Shown: positions 16,250 through 23,339, numbered from the stretch's first letter. The stretch: DNA of 27,253 nucleotides from Candidatus Microgenomates bacterium (GCA_022866885.1 JALHWS010000093.1:1-27253); one strand, 5' to 3'. Numbers and translations: made by a program. The notes: a model not told the origin generated them from the letters alone.

Positions 16250-17653
16250 ATGAATGAGGTTCGTGTCAGGATTGCCCCCTCACCCACAGGAGAAGATCTT
16301 CATATCGGTAATGTTTATACGGCACTTCTGAATTATATTTTCGCTAAAAAAAACAAAGGCAAGTTTATTGTCAGAATTGAGGACACCGACAGAACAAGAT
16401 TGGTTCCCGGAGCCGAGCAGCGGATACTGCAATCTTTGAAATGGTTCGGACTGGATAGCGATGAAGACCCTGACAAAGGCGGGCCGTATGCTCCTTACAG
16501 ACAATCCCAACGTTTGGATTTATACCGTCAATACGCGGAAAAATTAGTCGAAACGGGACATGCCTATTATAGTTTTTGTACGCCGGACAGACTGGATGAG
16601 ATGAGGAAAAAGCAGCAGGAGAAAAAAGAGCCGACTATTTATGACGGTTTATGCAAAAAAATTCCTAAAAACGAAGCGTTAGCCCGTTCAAAAAAGGAAA
16701 AATACGTCATCAGGTTAAATGTCCCGGATGTTGGGACTACCGAATTTACTGATTTAGTAAGGGGGAAAATATCTTTTGAAAACCGTTTGCTCGATGACCA
16801 GGTGCTTTTGAAATCAGACGGTTATCCTACTTACCATCTGGGAGTGGTGGTTGATGATTACCTCATGAAAATTTCCCATGTGATCCGGGCTGAAGAGTGG
16901 ATTTCATCAACGCCAAAGCACGTTCTGATATACCAGTATCTGGGTTGGCCTTTGCCTGTTTTTGCCCACGGTCCGATTTTGAGAAATCCCGACCGGAGCA
17001 AACTTTCCAAACGCAAAAATCCGGTTTGGGCTTCCTGGTATCGTAAACAGGGGTATCTACCGGAGGCAATCCTGAACTTTTTGGCTTTGATGGGTTGGTC
17101 TATGCCGGATGGCAGGGAAATTTTTTCACTCACAGAAATGGCGGAAAATTTCCGGTTGGAAGAAGTTAAACCGGCCGGTCCGACTTTCAATTTGGAAAAA
17201 CTGGATTGGTTAAATGGAGAATATATGAGAAAGATGTCAAAAGCGGCATTACAAACAAAAATTGTTGAATTTATCGGAGATAAATATTCGTCTGATCTGG
17301 TTGGAAAAACCATTCCGCTTGTTCAGGAAAGGATAAAAAAACTCTCGGATTATCTGCCTTTGGCCGGATTTTTCTTCAACAGTCCGAAAGATTATGAAAT
17401 TGATTTGTCCAAAAATCGCAGTTTATTATCCAATATCCATCAGAAGTTATCAGCGGTTAGCGATTGGAAAGCGGATTCCATCGGGAAATCGATGCAGGAT
17501 CTGGCACAAGAGTTGAAAATCCCTAACAGCAAATTTTTCATGATTCTTCGCGTCGCCGTCACCGGCAAAAAAATCTCTCCACCCTTAAACGAATCAATGG
17601 AAATACTAGGGAAAGACGAAACATTATCCCGCTTATCTCAAATTTCTAAATGA
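16250..17653 (+). CDS. gltX: Glutamyl-tRNA synthetase
   Basis: RVRIAPSPTGEDLHIG, RIEDTD, YRQSQR, PTYHLGVVVDD, HVIRAEEW, SKLSKR, LRVAVTG...SPPL motifs. Confidence 0.97.
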   Translation: MNEVRVRIAPSPTGEDLHIGNVYTALLNYIFAKKNKGKFIVRIEDTDRTRLVPGAEQRILQSLKWFGLDSDEDPDKGGPYAPYRQSQRLDLYRQYAEKLVETGHAYYSFCTPDRLDEMRKKQQEKKEPTIYDGLCKKIPKNEALARSKKEKYVIRLNVPDVGTTEFTDLVRGKISFENRLLDDQVLLKSDGYPTYHLGVVVDDYLMKISHVIRAEEWISSTPKHVLIYQYLGWPLPVFAHGPILRNPDRSKLSKRKNPVWASWYRKQGYLPEAILNFLALMGWSMPDGREIFSLTEMAENFRLEEVKPAGPTFNLEKLDWLNGEYMRKMSKAALQTKIVEFIGDKYSSDLVGKTIPLVQERIKKLSDYLPLAGFFFNSPKDYEIDLSKNRSLLSNIHQKLSAVSDWKADSIGKSMQDLAQELKIPNSKFFMILRVAVTGKKISPPLNESMEILGKDETLSRLSQISK

Positions 17654-18243
17654 AGCAGTTAGTTATTGCCACGAGAAATAAGGGGAAAATCAGGGAGATC
17701 CGAAAAATCCTATCCGATATTCCGGTTAAGATATTATCGCTTGATGATGTTGGCTTCCGAAGAGAATTAAAAGAAACCGGTAAAACTTACGAAGAGAATG
17801 CGCGGATAAAAGCAGAGACCGTTGGAAAAAAGACCGGACTTTTGACCCTGGGGGAAGACTCGGGATTGGAGATAGACGCCCTCGGCGGAAAACCCGGCCT
17901 TTATTCCGCCAGGCACCGCAAAGGAACTGACACTGACAAGCTAAATAAACTTCTCCGGGATTTGAAAGGCTTTCCAAAAGAGAAAAGAACCGCCAAATAT
18001 GTCGCGGTTGTTGCCGTTTACAATCCACAAAACAAAAAGACATATGTATTTAAGGGAGAAAGCCACGGTCAAATAACGGACAAACCCCAAGGAACAAACG
18101 GTTTCGGCTACGACCCGATTTTTTACAATTTTGATTTAGGAAAAACTAACGCTCAAGCTTTTGAGGAAGAAAAAAATAGAGTCAGCCATCGGGCAAGGGC
18201 ATTAGAAAAAGCAAAAAGAATGTTGTTTATATTGTCATCCTGA
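17650..18243 (+). CDS. rdgB: RdgB/HAM1 non-canonical purine NTP pyrophosphatase
   Basis: ATRNKGK, ETGKTYEENA..KA, EDSGL.IDALGG.PG.YSAR, GFGYDPIF, EKNRVSHRARA motifs. Confidence 0.95.
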   Translation: MKQLVIATRNKGKIREIRKILSDIPVKILSLDDVGFRRELKETGKTYEENARIKAETVGKKTGLLTLGEDSGLEIDALGGKPGLYSARHRKGTDTDKLNKLLRDLKGFPKEKRTAKYVAVVAVYNPQNKKTYVFKGESHGQITDKPQGTNGFGYDPIFYNFDLGKTNAQAFEEEKNRVSHRARALEKAKRMLFILSS

Positions 18244-18308
18244 ACTTGTTTCAGGATCTAAGCAGGATTTCGCTAAGGTTCAAGATGCCGAAACGAGTTC
18301 GGCATGAC
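18234..18308. repeat. GTCAT-tagged composite palindromic (REP/REPIN-like) element
   Basis: Two inverted 26-nt arms, GTCATCCTGAACTTGTTTCAGGATCT and AGATGCCGAAACGAGTTCGGCATGAC (21/26 identical), each with its own 8-bp hairpin, separated by 23 nt. Confidence 0.85.
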
Positions 18309-18321
18309 GTTGTAACCATTA

Positions 18322-19182
18322 TCATAAGACATCAAACCAGTGAGGATTGCTTTCGACTGTCAGATCCAAATATATTTTTTTGTTGGTGGCCGTTTCCAAT
18401 TCTTTTCTCGCTGCCATGCCGATTTCTTTAACCATCCGGCCGTTTTCACCGATAATCATTCTCCGGTAACGGTCGGAACTCGTGATAATCCGAGCTTTAA
18501 TATAAGTTGAATTGTTAGCTCTTTCCTTTATTTCATCAACTTCCGTCATTATTGTGTAAGGAAGTTCTTTCCTCAAGAAAAGAAAGGCTTTTTCGCGGAT
18601 GATTTCGGAAAGAAAAGTCTTACTGTCCATATTCAGCGCCGGTGTAGGACGGCCGGAGTTATCAACGATTTGTTCGCCTTCCGGCAGAAATTCAAAAATC
18701 GCGTCCAGCAAATAATTTAAGTTTGATTTGTATAGGGCGGAGATATAGACGGTTTTATTAAACTCTTCTTCGAGGAATTTATAATGGGGTAGAAAAGAAG
18801 GCTTCTTGATATCGGTTTTATTAATCGCCAGAATTTTCGGAGCATCCATTTTCCTGATAATTCCTAAAATCTTATTTTCCTCTATATCCCTTTCTCTGCT
18901 ATGGTCAACAATATAGACAATGACACTGACTCCTTCTTTCAAAGTCTTCTCGGCAATCGGATTGATCTTTTTGGAAACCGGGTCATTAACTTTACCGAAG
19001 ATTCCGGGGGTGTCGATAAAAATTATCTGTCCCCTCTCGTCTTCATAAACGGCTTGGATCGGAATACGGGTGGTTTGCGGTTTGGGTGAAGTGATGGAAA
19101 CTTTTTGACCCAAAAGGTTATTCAGCAAAGTTGACTTGCCGCTGTTGGGACGACCGATGAGTGCTACGTATCCGCTTTTCAT
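18322..19182 (-). CDS. era: GTPase Era
   Basis: GRPNSGKS, SPKPQTTR, DTPG and NKTD motifs; KH domain ELPY...IIGENG.MVKEIG..AR.ELE. Start at ATG 19182; alternative in-frame GTG 19224 and TTG 19221. Confidence 0.97.
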   Translation of the reverse strand: MKSGYVALIGRPNSGKSTLLNNLLGQKVSITSPKPQTTRIPIQAVYEDERGQIIFIDTPGIFGKVNDPVSKKINPIAEKTLKEGVSVIVYIVDHSRERDIEENKILGIIRKMDAPKILAINKTDIKKPSFLPHYKFLEEEFNKTVYISALYKSNLNYLLDAIFEFLPEGEQIVDNSGRPTPALNMDSKTFLSEIIREKAFLFLRKELPYTIMTEVDEIKERANNSTYIKARIITSSDRYRRMIIGENGRMVKEIGMAARKELETATNKKIYLDLTVESNPHWFDVL

Positions 19183-19209
19183 AATTTTGCCATTTTCTGC
19201 TCGTTTCTT

Positions 19210-19278
19210 GACCCCATACAACACTTACCTCCTCCCGAGGTCTACGTCCTCGCGTCGGAGGGGCGTGTATACGGGGTC
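19210..19278 (-). ncRNA. Candidate structured RNA / dispersed structured element, copy 1 (era leader)
   Basis: Minus strand: GACCCC GUAUACAC GCCC CUCC GACG CGAGG ACGUAGA CCUCG GGA GGAG GUAA GUGUUGUAU GGGGUC. It covaries with the copy at 22287-22354. Family not recognised. Confidence 0.55.
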
Positions 19279-19281
19279 TGC

Positions 19282-19310
19282 GGAGTTAGAAGCTTTCAGC
19301 TTCTAACTCC
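19282..19310. repeat. Perfect 13-bp hairpin
   Basis: GGAGTTAGAAGCT-TTC-AGCTTCTAACTCC, abutting a TTGACA box at 19311. Confidence 0.8.
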
Positions 19311-19340
19311 TTGACAAATTATACACTTCTGCTTTAGGAT
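19311..19340. promoter_or_regulatory. Divergent promoter region (era and the small membrane protein gene)
   Basis: Plus strand: TTGACA (19311-19316), 18-nt spacer, TAGGAT (19335-19340). Minus strand: TATAAT (19323-19318) with no clear -35. Confidence 0.55.
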
Positions 19341-19349
19341 ATGGGTAGT

Positions 19350-19592
19350 ATGAAAAAGTGGTGGGAGAAATTTTACAAAGAAAATAAAGCGATTGTCTGG
19401 GCGGCGGTTGTTGCAATCATTATCTCTTTAGGAGTCTTGATCAAAGCCAAAGACGAAGTGACCCGCTTTACCCTGATTATGCCGGTCTTCGCCGGCTTTA
19501 TCCTTTTTTCGATCCTGATGACTTCCGATGAAGAATTGGAAGAAGAGGAAAAAGAAGAAAAGAAATCCCCCAAAAAGCGGTCAAGAAAGTGA
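19350..19592 (+). CDS. Small two-TM membrane protein with acidic/basic tail
   Basis: MKKWWEKFY..., two hydrophobic helices, then EELEEEEKEEKKSPKKRSRK. ATG 19350 is preferred over 19341 because 19341 abuts the -10 box. Confidence 0.7.
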   Translation: MKKWWEKFYKENKAIVWAAVVAIIISLGVLIKAKDEVTRFTLIMPVFAGFILFSILMTSDEELEEEEKEEKKSPKKRSRK

Positions 19593-20846
19593 AATTTTAT
19601 CCACTCCCGTATACTGGCGTAAAATTTCCGGTACGGTCACGCTGCCGTCTTTGTTTTGGTAATTCTCCAAAATGGCAATCAGAATCCGGGGAGATGCCAC
19701 CGCGGTATTGTTTAACGAATGGGTAAATAAGATTTTCCCCTCTTTGGTTTTGTACCGGATATTCAGTCTCCTTGTCTGGAAATCGCCCATGAAAGAATTG
19801 GACATGGTTTCGCCATAAGCCTGCCTCCCCGGCATCCAGGTTTCGATATCGTATTTCTTCACCTGCGGTTCGCCCATATCACCTGTACACATCAGCATCA
19901 CTCTATAAGGAAGCTTCAGATCCTGCAGAATACTTTCGGCGTTCTGGAGTAATTCCTCATGGAGCTTTAAGGAATTTTCATAATCATTTGTGGTTATGAT
20001 CACCTGTTCGATCTTGTTAAACTGGTGCAGCCGGTAAAGGCCTTTGGTATCTTTGCCGTAACTGCCTGCTTCACTTCGGAAACAGGGAGAAAAAGCGACA
20101 AATTTTTTCGGCAGATCTTTTTCAGGTAAAACTTCACCGGAATAATAAGCGGTCACCGGCACTTCGGCTGTCCCTGCCAGATAAATATCGTCTTTTTCCA
20201 GGTGGTAAACCTCATCTCTTCCCCATGGCAGCTGTCCGTTTCCGATCAAAGAGAATTCCTTTACCAAAGACGGGGCAATCAAAGGAGTGTAACCTTTTTT
20301 AATCAGTTTCTGATAGGTATAAAAAAGGATAGCCAGTTCCATCACCGCCGCTTCGTTTTTCAAAAAATATGTCCGGAAACCGCCAACCTTCACTCCCCTT
20401 TCAAAATCCACGAGATCCAGTTTCTTGGCTAAAGCGAGATGGTCTTGTGGAGTGAAATCAAACTTCGGCAACTCTCCCCATTTCTTTATTTCGACATTCC
20501 CGCTGGCGTCTTTCCCCACCGGAACACTCTTATCCGGCACATTTGGCACCTGCAGCATCAGTTCTTTATATTCTTTCTCAATAATTCCCAACTCTTCTTC
20601 TAATGTCTTAATTTCATCTTTTAACTGTCTGCCTTCGTTTTTGGATTTGGGATTTTGTCCGCCAGCTGGCGGATTGAATTTTGAATTTTTATTTCTAATC
20701 GCTCTCTTCTCCTCAATCTCTCCAATCAGCTTCCGTCTCTTTTCATCCACTACAAGCAACCGATCCAGATCCACCTTCCGGTTTTTATCAGCCGCTGCTT
20801 TTTTTACTAATTCCTTATTTTCCCTGATGTATTTAATATCAAGCAT
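19581..20846 (-). CDS. serS: Seryl-tRNA synthetase
   Basis: MLDIKYIREN, coiled-coil arm, PNVPD.SVP.G, LAGTAEVP, FRSEAGSYGKDTKGLYRLHQF.K.EQ, KKYDIETWMP, E..SNS motifs. Confidence 0.97.
   Translation of the reverse strand: MLDIKYIRENKELVKKAAADKNRKVDLDRLLVVDEKRRKLIGEIEEKRAIRNKNSKFNPPAGGQNPKSKNEGRQLKDEIKTLEEELGIIEKEYKELMLQVPNVPDKSVPVGKDASGNVEIKKWGELPKFDFTPQDHLALAKKLDLVDFERGVKVGGFRTYFLKNEAAVMELAILFYTYQKLIKKGYTPLIAPSLVKEFSLIGNGQLPWGRDEVYHLEKDDIYLAGTAEVPVTAYYSGEVLPEKDLPKKFVAFSPCFRSEAGSYGKDTKGLYRLHQFNKIEQVIITTNDYENSLKLHEELLQNAESILQDLKLPYRVMLMCTGDMGEPQVKKYDIETWMPGRQAYGETMSNSFMGDFQTRRLNIRYKTKEGKILFTHSLNNTAVASPRILIAILENYQNKDGSVTVPEILRQYTGVDKISLS
20641..20687. repeat. Heptamer array interrupted by a perfect 16-bp palindrome, inside serS
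   Basis: TTGGATT TGGGATT TTG [TCCGCCAGCTGGCGGA, 20658-20673] TTGAATT TTGAATT; encodes NSKFNPPAGGQNPKSK on the minus strand. Confidence 0.8.
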
Positions 20847-20858
20847 ACAAACAAAAAA

Positions 20859-20886
20859 AGTCTAACATATAACTGATTCTTGTCAA
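20859..20886 (-). promoter_or_regulatory. Promoter for serS
   Basis: Minus strand: TTGACA (20886-20881), 16-nt spacer, extended -10 TGtTAGACT (hexamer 20864-20859). Confidence 0.55.
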
Positions 20887-20916
20887 GAGTAACCGTCCGT
20901 GAGCTTCCGAAGAAAA

Positions 20917-21003
20917 TGTCATTGCGATCCGCCGGCTGGCGGAGAAGCAATCCCGTCGGGATCGCCACGGGACGCACCGGCTAGTGCATCCCTCGCGATG
21001 ACA
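20917..21003. repeat. TGTCATTGCGA-type cruciform palindromic element
   Basis: TGTCATTGCGA-[TCCGCC GGCT GGCGGA]-GAAGCAATCCC-GTC-GGGATCGCCAC-[GGGACGCAC CGGCTA GTGCATCCC]-TCGCGATGACA. Confidence 0.85.
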
Positions 21004-21020
21004 GAGTTTTGTCAAGATCA

Positions 21021-21049
21021 TTGACAGCCTTATTTCCTTCTGTTACTCT
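21021..21049 (+). promoter_or_regulatory. Promoter for the subtilisin gene
   Basis: TTGACA (21021-21026), 17-nt spacer, extended -10 TGtTACTCT (hexamer 21044-21049). Confidence 0.65.
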
Positions 21050-21062
21050 TCATTTGCTACCT

Positions 21063-22247
21063 ATGAAATTTAGAGTTTATTATTTTCTCTTTCTTATTTT
21101 CTCTCTCTTTTTCCTTCTTCCCTCCCCAATCTTTGCCAAACCTTCTCAACCATTTGCTCCCGATAAAATTCTGGTGAAATTCAGGGAAAACACGCCGGAT
21201 GTTATCAAAGAAAAATTTCAGAAACAATTTGAAACAAAAATAAAAGACAAAATCAGCCGGCTTGATGTCGAGGTTATGCAAATATCACGGAAAAATCTGA
21301 CTGATCTGGTCAACCAATTCCTGCTCTTGCCTTTTATCGAATACGCCGAACCGGATTTTGTGGCAACAACAATGGATGTTCCCAATGACCCTTATTTTAA
21401 TCTTAATCTGCAATGGGGCATGCAAAAGGTGAAAGCGCCGGACGCCTGGAAAATCTCTACAAGTAACCCTGGAGTAAAAATTGCCATTCTGGATACCGGT
21501 ATCGACCGGGATCACGAAGATCTTTCTTCAAAAATCACTGATAATTGGAATTGCACTGACAGTCCTCTTGATGATGATTCATACGGCCATGGCACTCATG
21601 TCGCCGGTATTGCTGCGGCTGCGACTAACAATGGCACCGGTGTCGCCGGTTTAGGTTACAATGCGTCATTAATGAACGTTAAAGTTTTAGGCGATGACGG
21701 TTCAGGCTACTATTCGTGGATTGCCAATTGCATCACTTGGGCGGCTGACAATGGCGCTAAGGTTATCAACATGAGCCTGGGCGGTCCATCCAAATCAAAG
21801 ACTTTGGAAAATGCCGTTAATTACGCTTGGCAAAAAGGTGCCGTTATCGTGGCGGCGGCAGGTAATTCCGGCAACAGTTCGCCTACATACCCTGCTTATT
21901 ACACAAATGTCATTGCGGTGGCCGCCACCGACAGCAACGATAAAAAGGCTTCCTGGTCTTCCTACGGACGCTGGGTGGATGTGGCCGCTCCGGGAGTCGA
22001 TATTTACTCGACTTTCCCCAATCATCCTTATACTATTGGTAAAAAGTTGGGTTATGATTATGGTTCGGGCACTTCCATGGCCACCCCTCATGTCTCCGGC
22101 TTGGCCGCTTTGGTTTGGTCGAGTTCTTTTGGGACGAGTAATGCAAACGTGAGGAAAAGGATCGAGTCAAAAGCGGATAAAATCTCCGGCAGCATTATGT
22201 ATTGGACTTATGGCCGCATCAACGCCCTAAAAGCCGTTTCTCCTTAA
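21063..22247 (+). CDS. Secreted S8 subtilisin (thermitase-like) serine protease
   Basis: Signal peptide MKFRVYY...IFA, propeptide, catalytic triad ILDTG / HGTHVAG / SGTSMATPHV, oxyanion AAAGN. Start at ATG 21063; the track's start lies upstream of the promoter. Confidence 0.93.
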   Translation: MKFRVYYFLFLIFSLFFLLPSPIFAKPSQPFAPDKILVKFRENTPDVIKEKFQKQFETKIKDKISRLDVEVMQISRKNLTDLVNQFLLLPFIEYAEPDFVATTMDVPNDPYFNLNLQWGMQKVKAPDAWKISTSNPGVKIAILDTGIDRDHEDLSSKITDNWNCTDSPLDDDSYGHGTHVAGIAAAATNNGTGVAGLGYNASLMNVKVLGDDGSGYYSWIANCITWAADNGAKVINMSLGGPSKSKTLENAVNYAWQKGAVIVAAAGNSGNSSPTYPAYYTNVIAVAATDSNDKKASWSSYGRWVDVAAPGVDIYSTFPNHPYTIGKKLGYDYGSGTSMATPHVSGLAALVWSSSFGTSNANVRKRIESKADKISGSIMYWTYGRINALKAVSP

Positions 22248-22286
22248 GTCTGTTGTTCACTTAACCACTTATCAGCATCCAACGCG

Positions 22287-22354
22287 GTCCCAGTACAACG
22301 CTTACTTGCTCACATGGTTTACATCCATGCTTCGCAAGGGCGCGTATACGGGAC
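22287..22354 (-). ncRNA. Candidate structured RNA / dispersed structured element, copy 2 (3' of trxB)
   Basis: Minus strand: GUCCC GUAUACGC GCCC UUGC GAAG CAUGG AUGUAAA CCAUG UGA GCAA GUAA GCGUUGUACU GGGAC. Same architecture as 19210-19278. Confidence 0.55.
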
Positions 22355-22376
22355 TCGCTGCACGTTATTTATCAAA

Positions 22377-23327
22377 TCAATTCTTTAAACCATTCTCCTC
22401 CAACCAACGTGAGGCATCCAAAGCGGCCATGGCGCCGAAACCGGCGGAGGTAATGGCCTGTTTATAGCGGTAATCAGCCACGTCGCCGCCAACGAAAACT
22501 CCAGGAATATTGGTAGCCATCCGGTACTTAAGAAGACTTTTTTCATTCTTTACTTCTTTCCGGACGATATATCCTTTTTCATCCAAATCTAATCCTTTAA
22601 AAAGAGTGCTGTTTGGCTTATGTCCGATGGCCAAAAAGACGCCGTCTGTTTTAAACTCTTTTTCATTTCCGGTCTTTACGTCTTTTAACATTAATCCCGT
22701 CAATTTATCAGTTCCCAGATACTTCGTTATTGTTTTATTCCAGATCACCCTGATCTTCGGATTGGCAAAAATCTTCTCCTGCATCGCGCAGGATGCCCGG
22801 AACGAGTCTTTCCGGTGAATAATTGTTACCTTATTGGCTACATGGGAGAGAACTTCCGCTTCCTCCATGGCACTATCACCGCCGCCGATAACGACAACGT
22901 TTTTATTCCTGAAGAAAAAAGCGTCACAGGTGGCACAGGTGGAGATACCTTTCCCCCGGAGTGTCTTTTCCCCCGGCACGTTTAACCAAAGACTGTCAGC
23001 ACCGGTAGTGATAATGATTGATTTTCCCTGATAAGTTTTCCCGCCGGCAGTCGCTTTAAACGGTTGTTTGGAAAAATCAGTCGCGGTGAAATCGGTATTT
23101 ACTATATCTACTCCCAATCTTTCCGCCTGCTTTCTCATGTTTATCATGAGCTGCGGTCCCTGGATGCCTTCGGGGAAACCGGGGAAATTTTCAACCAAAG
23201 TGGTCAGCATCAGTTGTCCGCCCCATTTCGTCCCGGCAATAAGAAGTGTTTTATGTCCTGCTCGGACTGAGTAGATACCGGCAGTTAAACCGGAAGGACC
23301 GGAACCTAAAATAATAATATCATACAT
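22377..23327 (-). CDS. trxB: Thioredoxin-disulfide reductase
   Basis: GSGPSG, GGQLM.T..VENFPG, CATCD, VIGGGDSAMEEA, IHRK, TNIPGVFVGGDV.D..Y.QAITSAG motifs. Confidence 0.96.
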   Translation of the reverse strand: MYDIIILGSGPSGLTAGIYSVRAGHKTLLIAGTKWGGQLMLTTLVENFPGFPEGIQGPQLMINMRKQAERLGVDIVNTDFTATDFSKQPFKATAGGKTYQGKSIIITTGADSLWLNVPGEKTLRGKGISTCATCDAFFFRNKNVVVIGGGDSAMEEAEVLSHVANKVTIIHRKDSFRASCAMQEKIFANPKIRVIWNKTITKYLGTDKLTGLMLKDVKTGNEKEFKTDGVFLAIGHKPNSTLFKGLDLDEKGYIVRKEVKNEKSLLKYRMATNIPGVFVGGDVADYRYKQAITSAGFGAMAALDASRWLEENGLKN

Positions 23328-23339
23328 AAAAAAACAAAT

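Noticed and set aside
19231-19278. HDV-like ribozyme in the plus strand (ACG-TCCTCG-CGT resembles P3/L3)
   Set aside because: L3 would be too short, there is no G-initiated P1 or properly placed P1.1/J4-2, and the homologous copy at 22287 lacks the motif.
19210-19278. Integron attC site
   Set aside because: No matched RYYYAAC...GTTRRRY ends, no cassette-like gene array and no integrase.
20880-21017. TTGTCAAGA direct repeats as a target-site duplication around the cruciform element
   Set aside because: The repeats do not abut the element ends, and the same word occurs at the sdpR -35 box, so it is better explained as a common TTGACA context.
22287-22354. Twister- or pistol-like words (GCCC...GUAA; UAAGCGUUG) in the structured element
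   Set aside because: The required pseudoknot partners and catalytic cores are absent, and the matches are only short words. An empirical self-cleavage test would still be needed to exclude a new ribozyme.
22338-22360. tRNA 3' end or T-arm (CGAGTCCCG...) on the minus strand
   Set aside because: No TTC before GA, no D-arm, anticodon arm or acceptor partner; the sequence is explained as the outer stem of the structured element.
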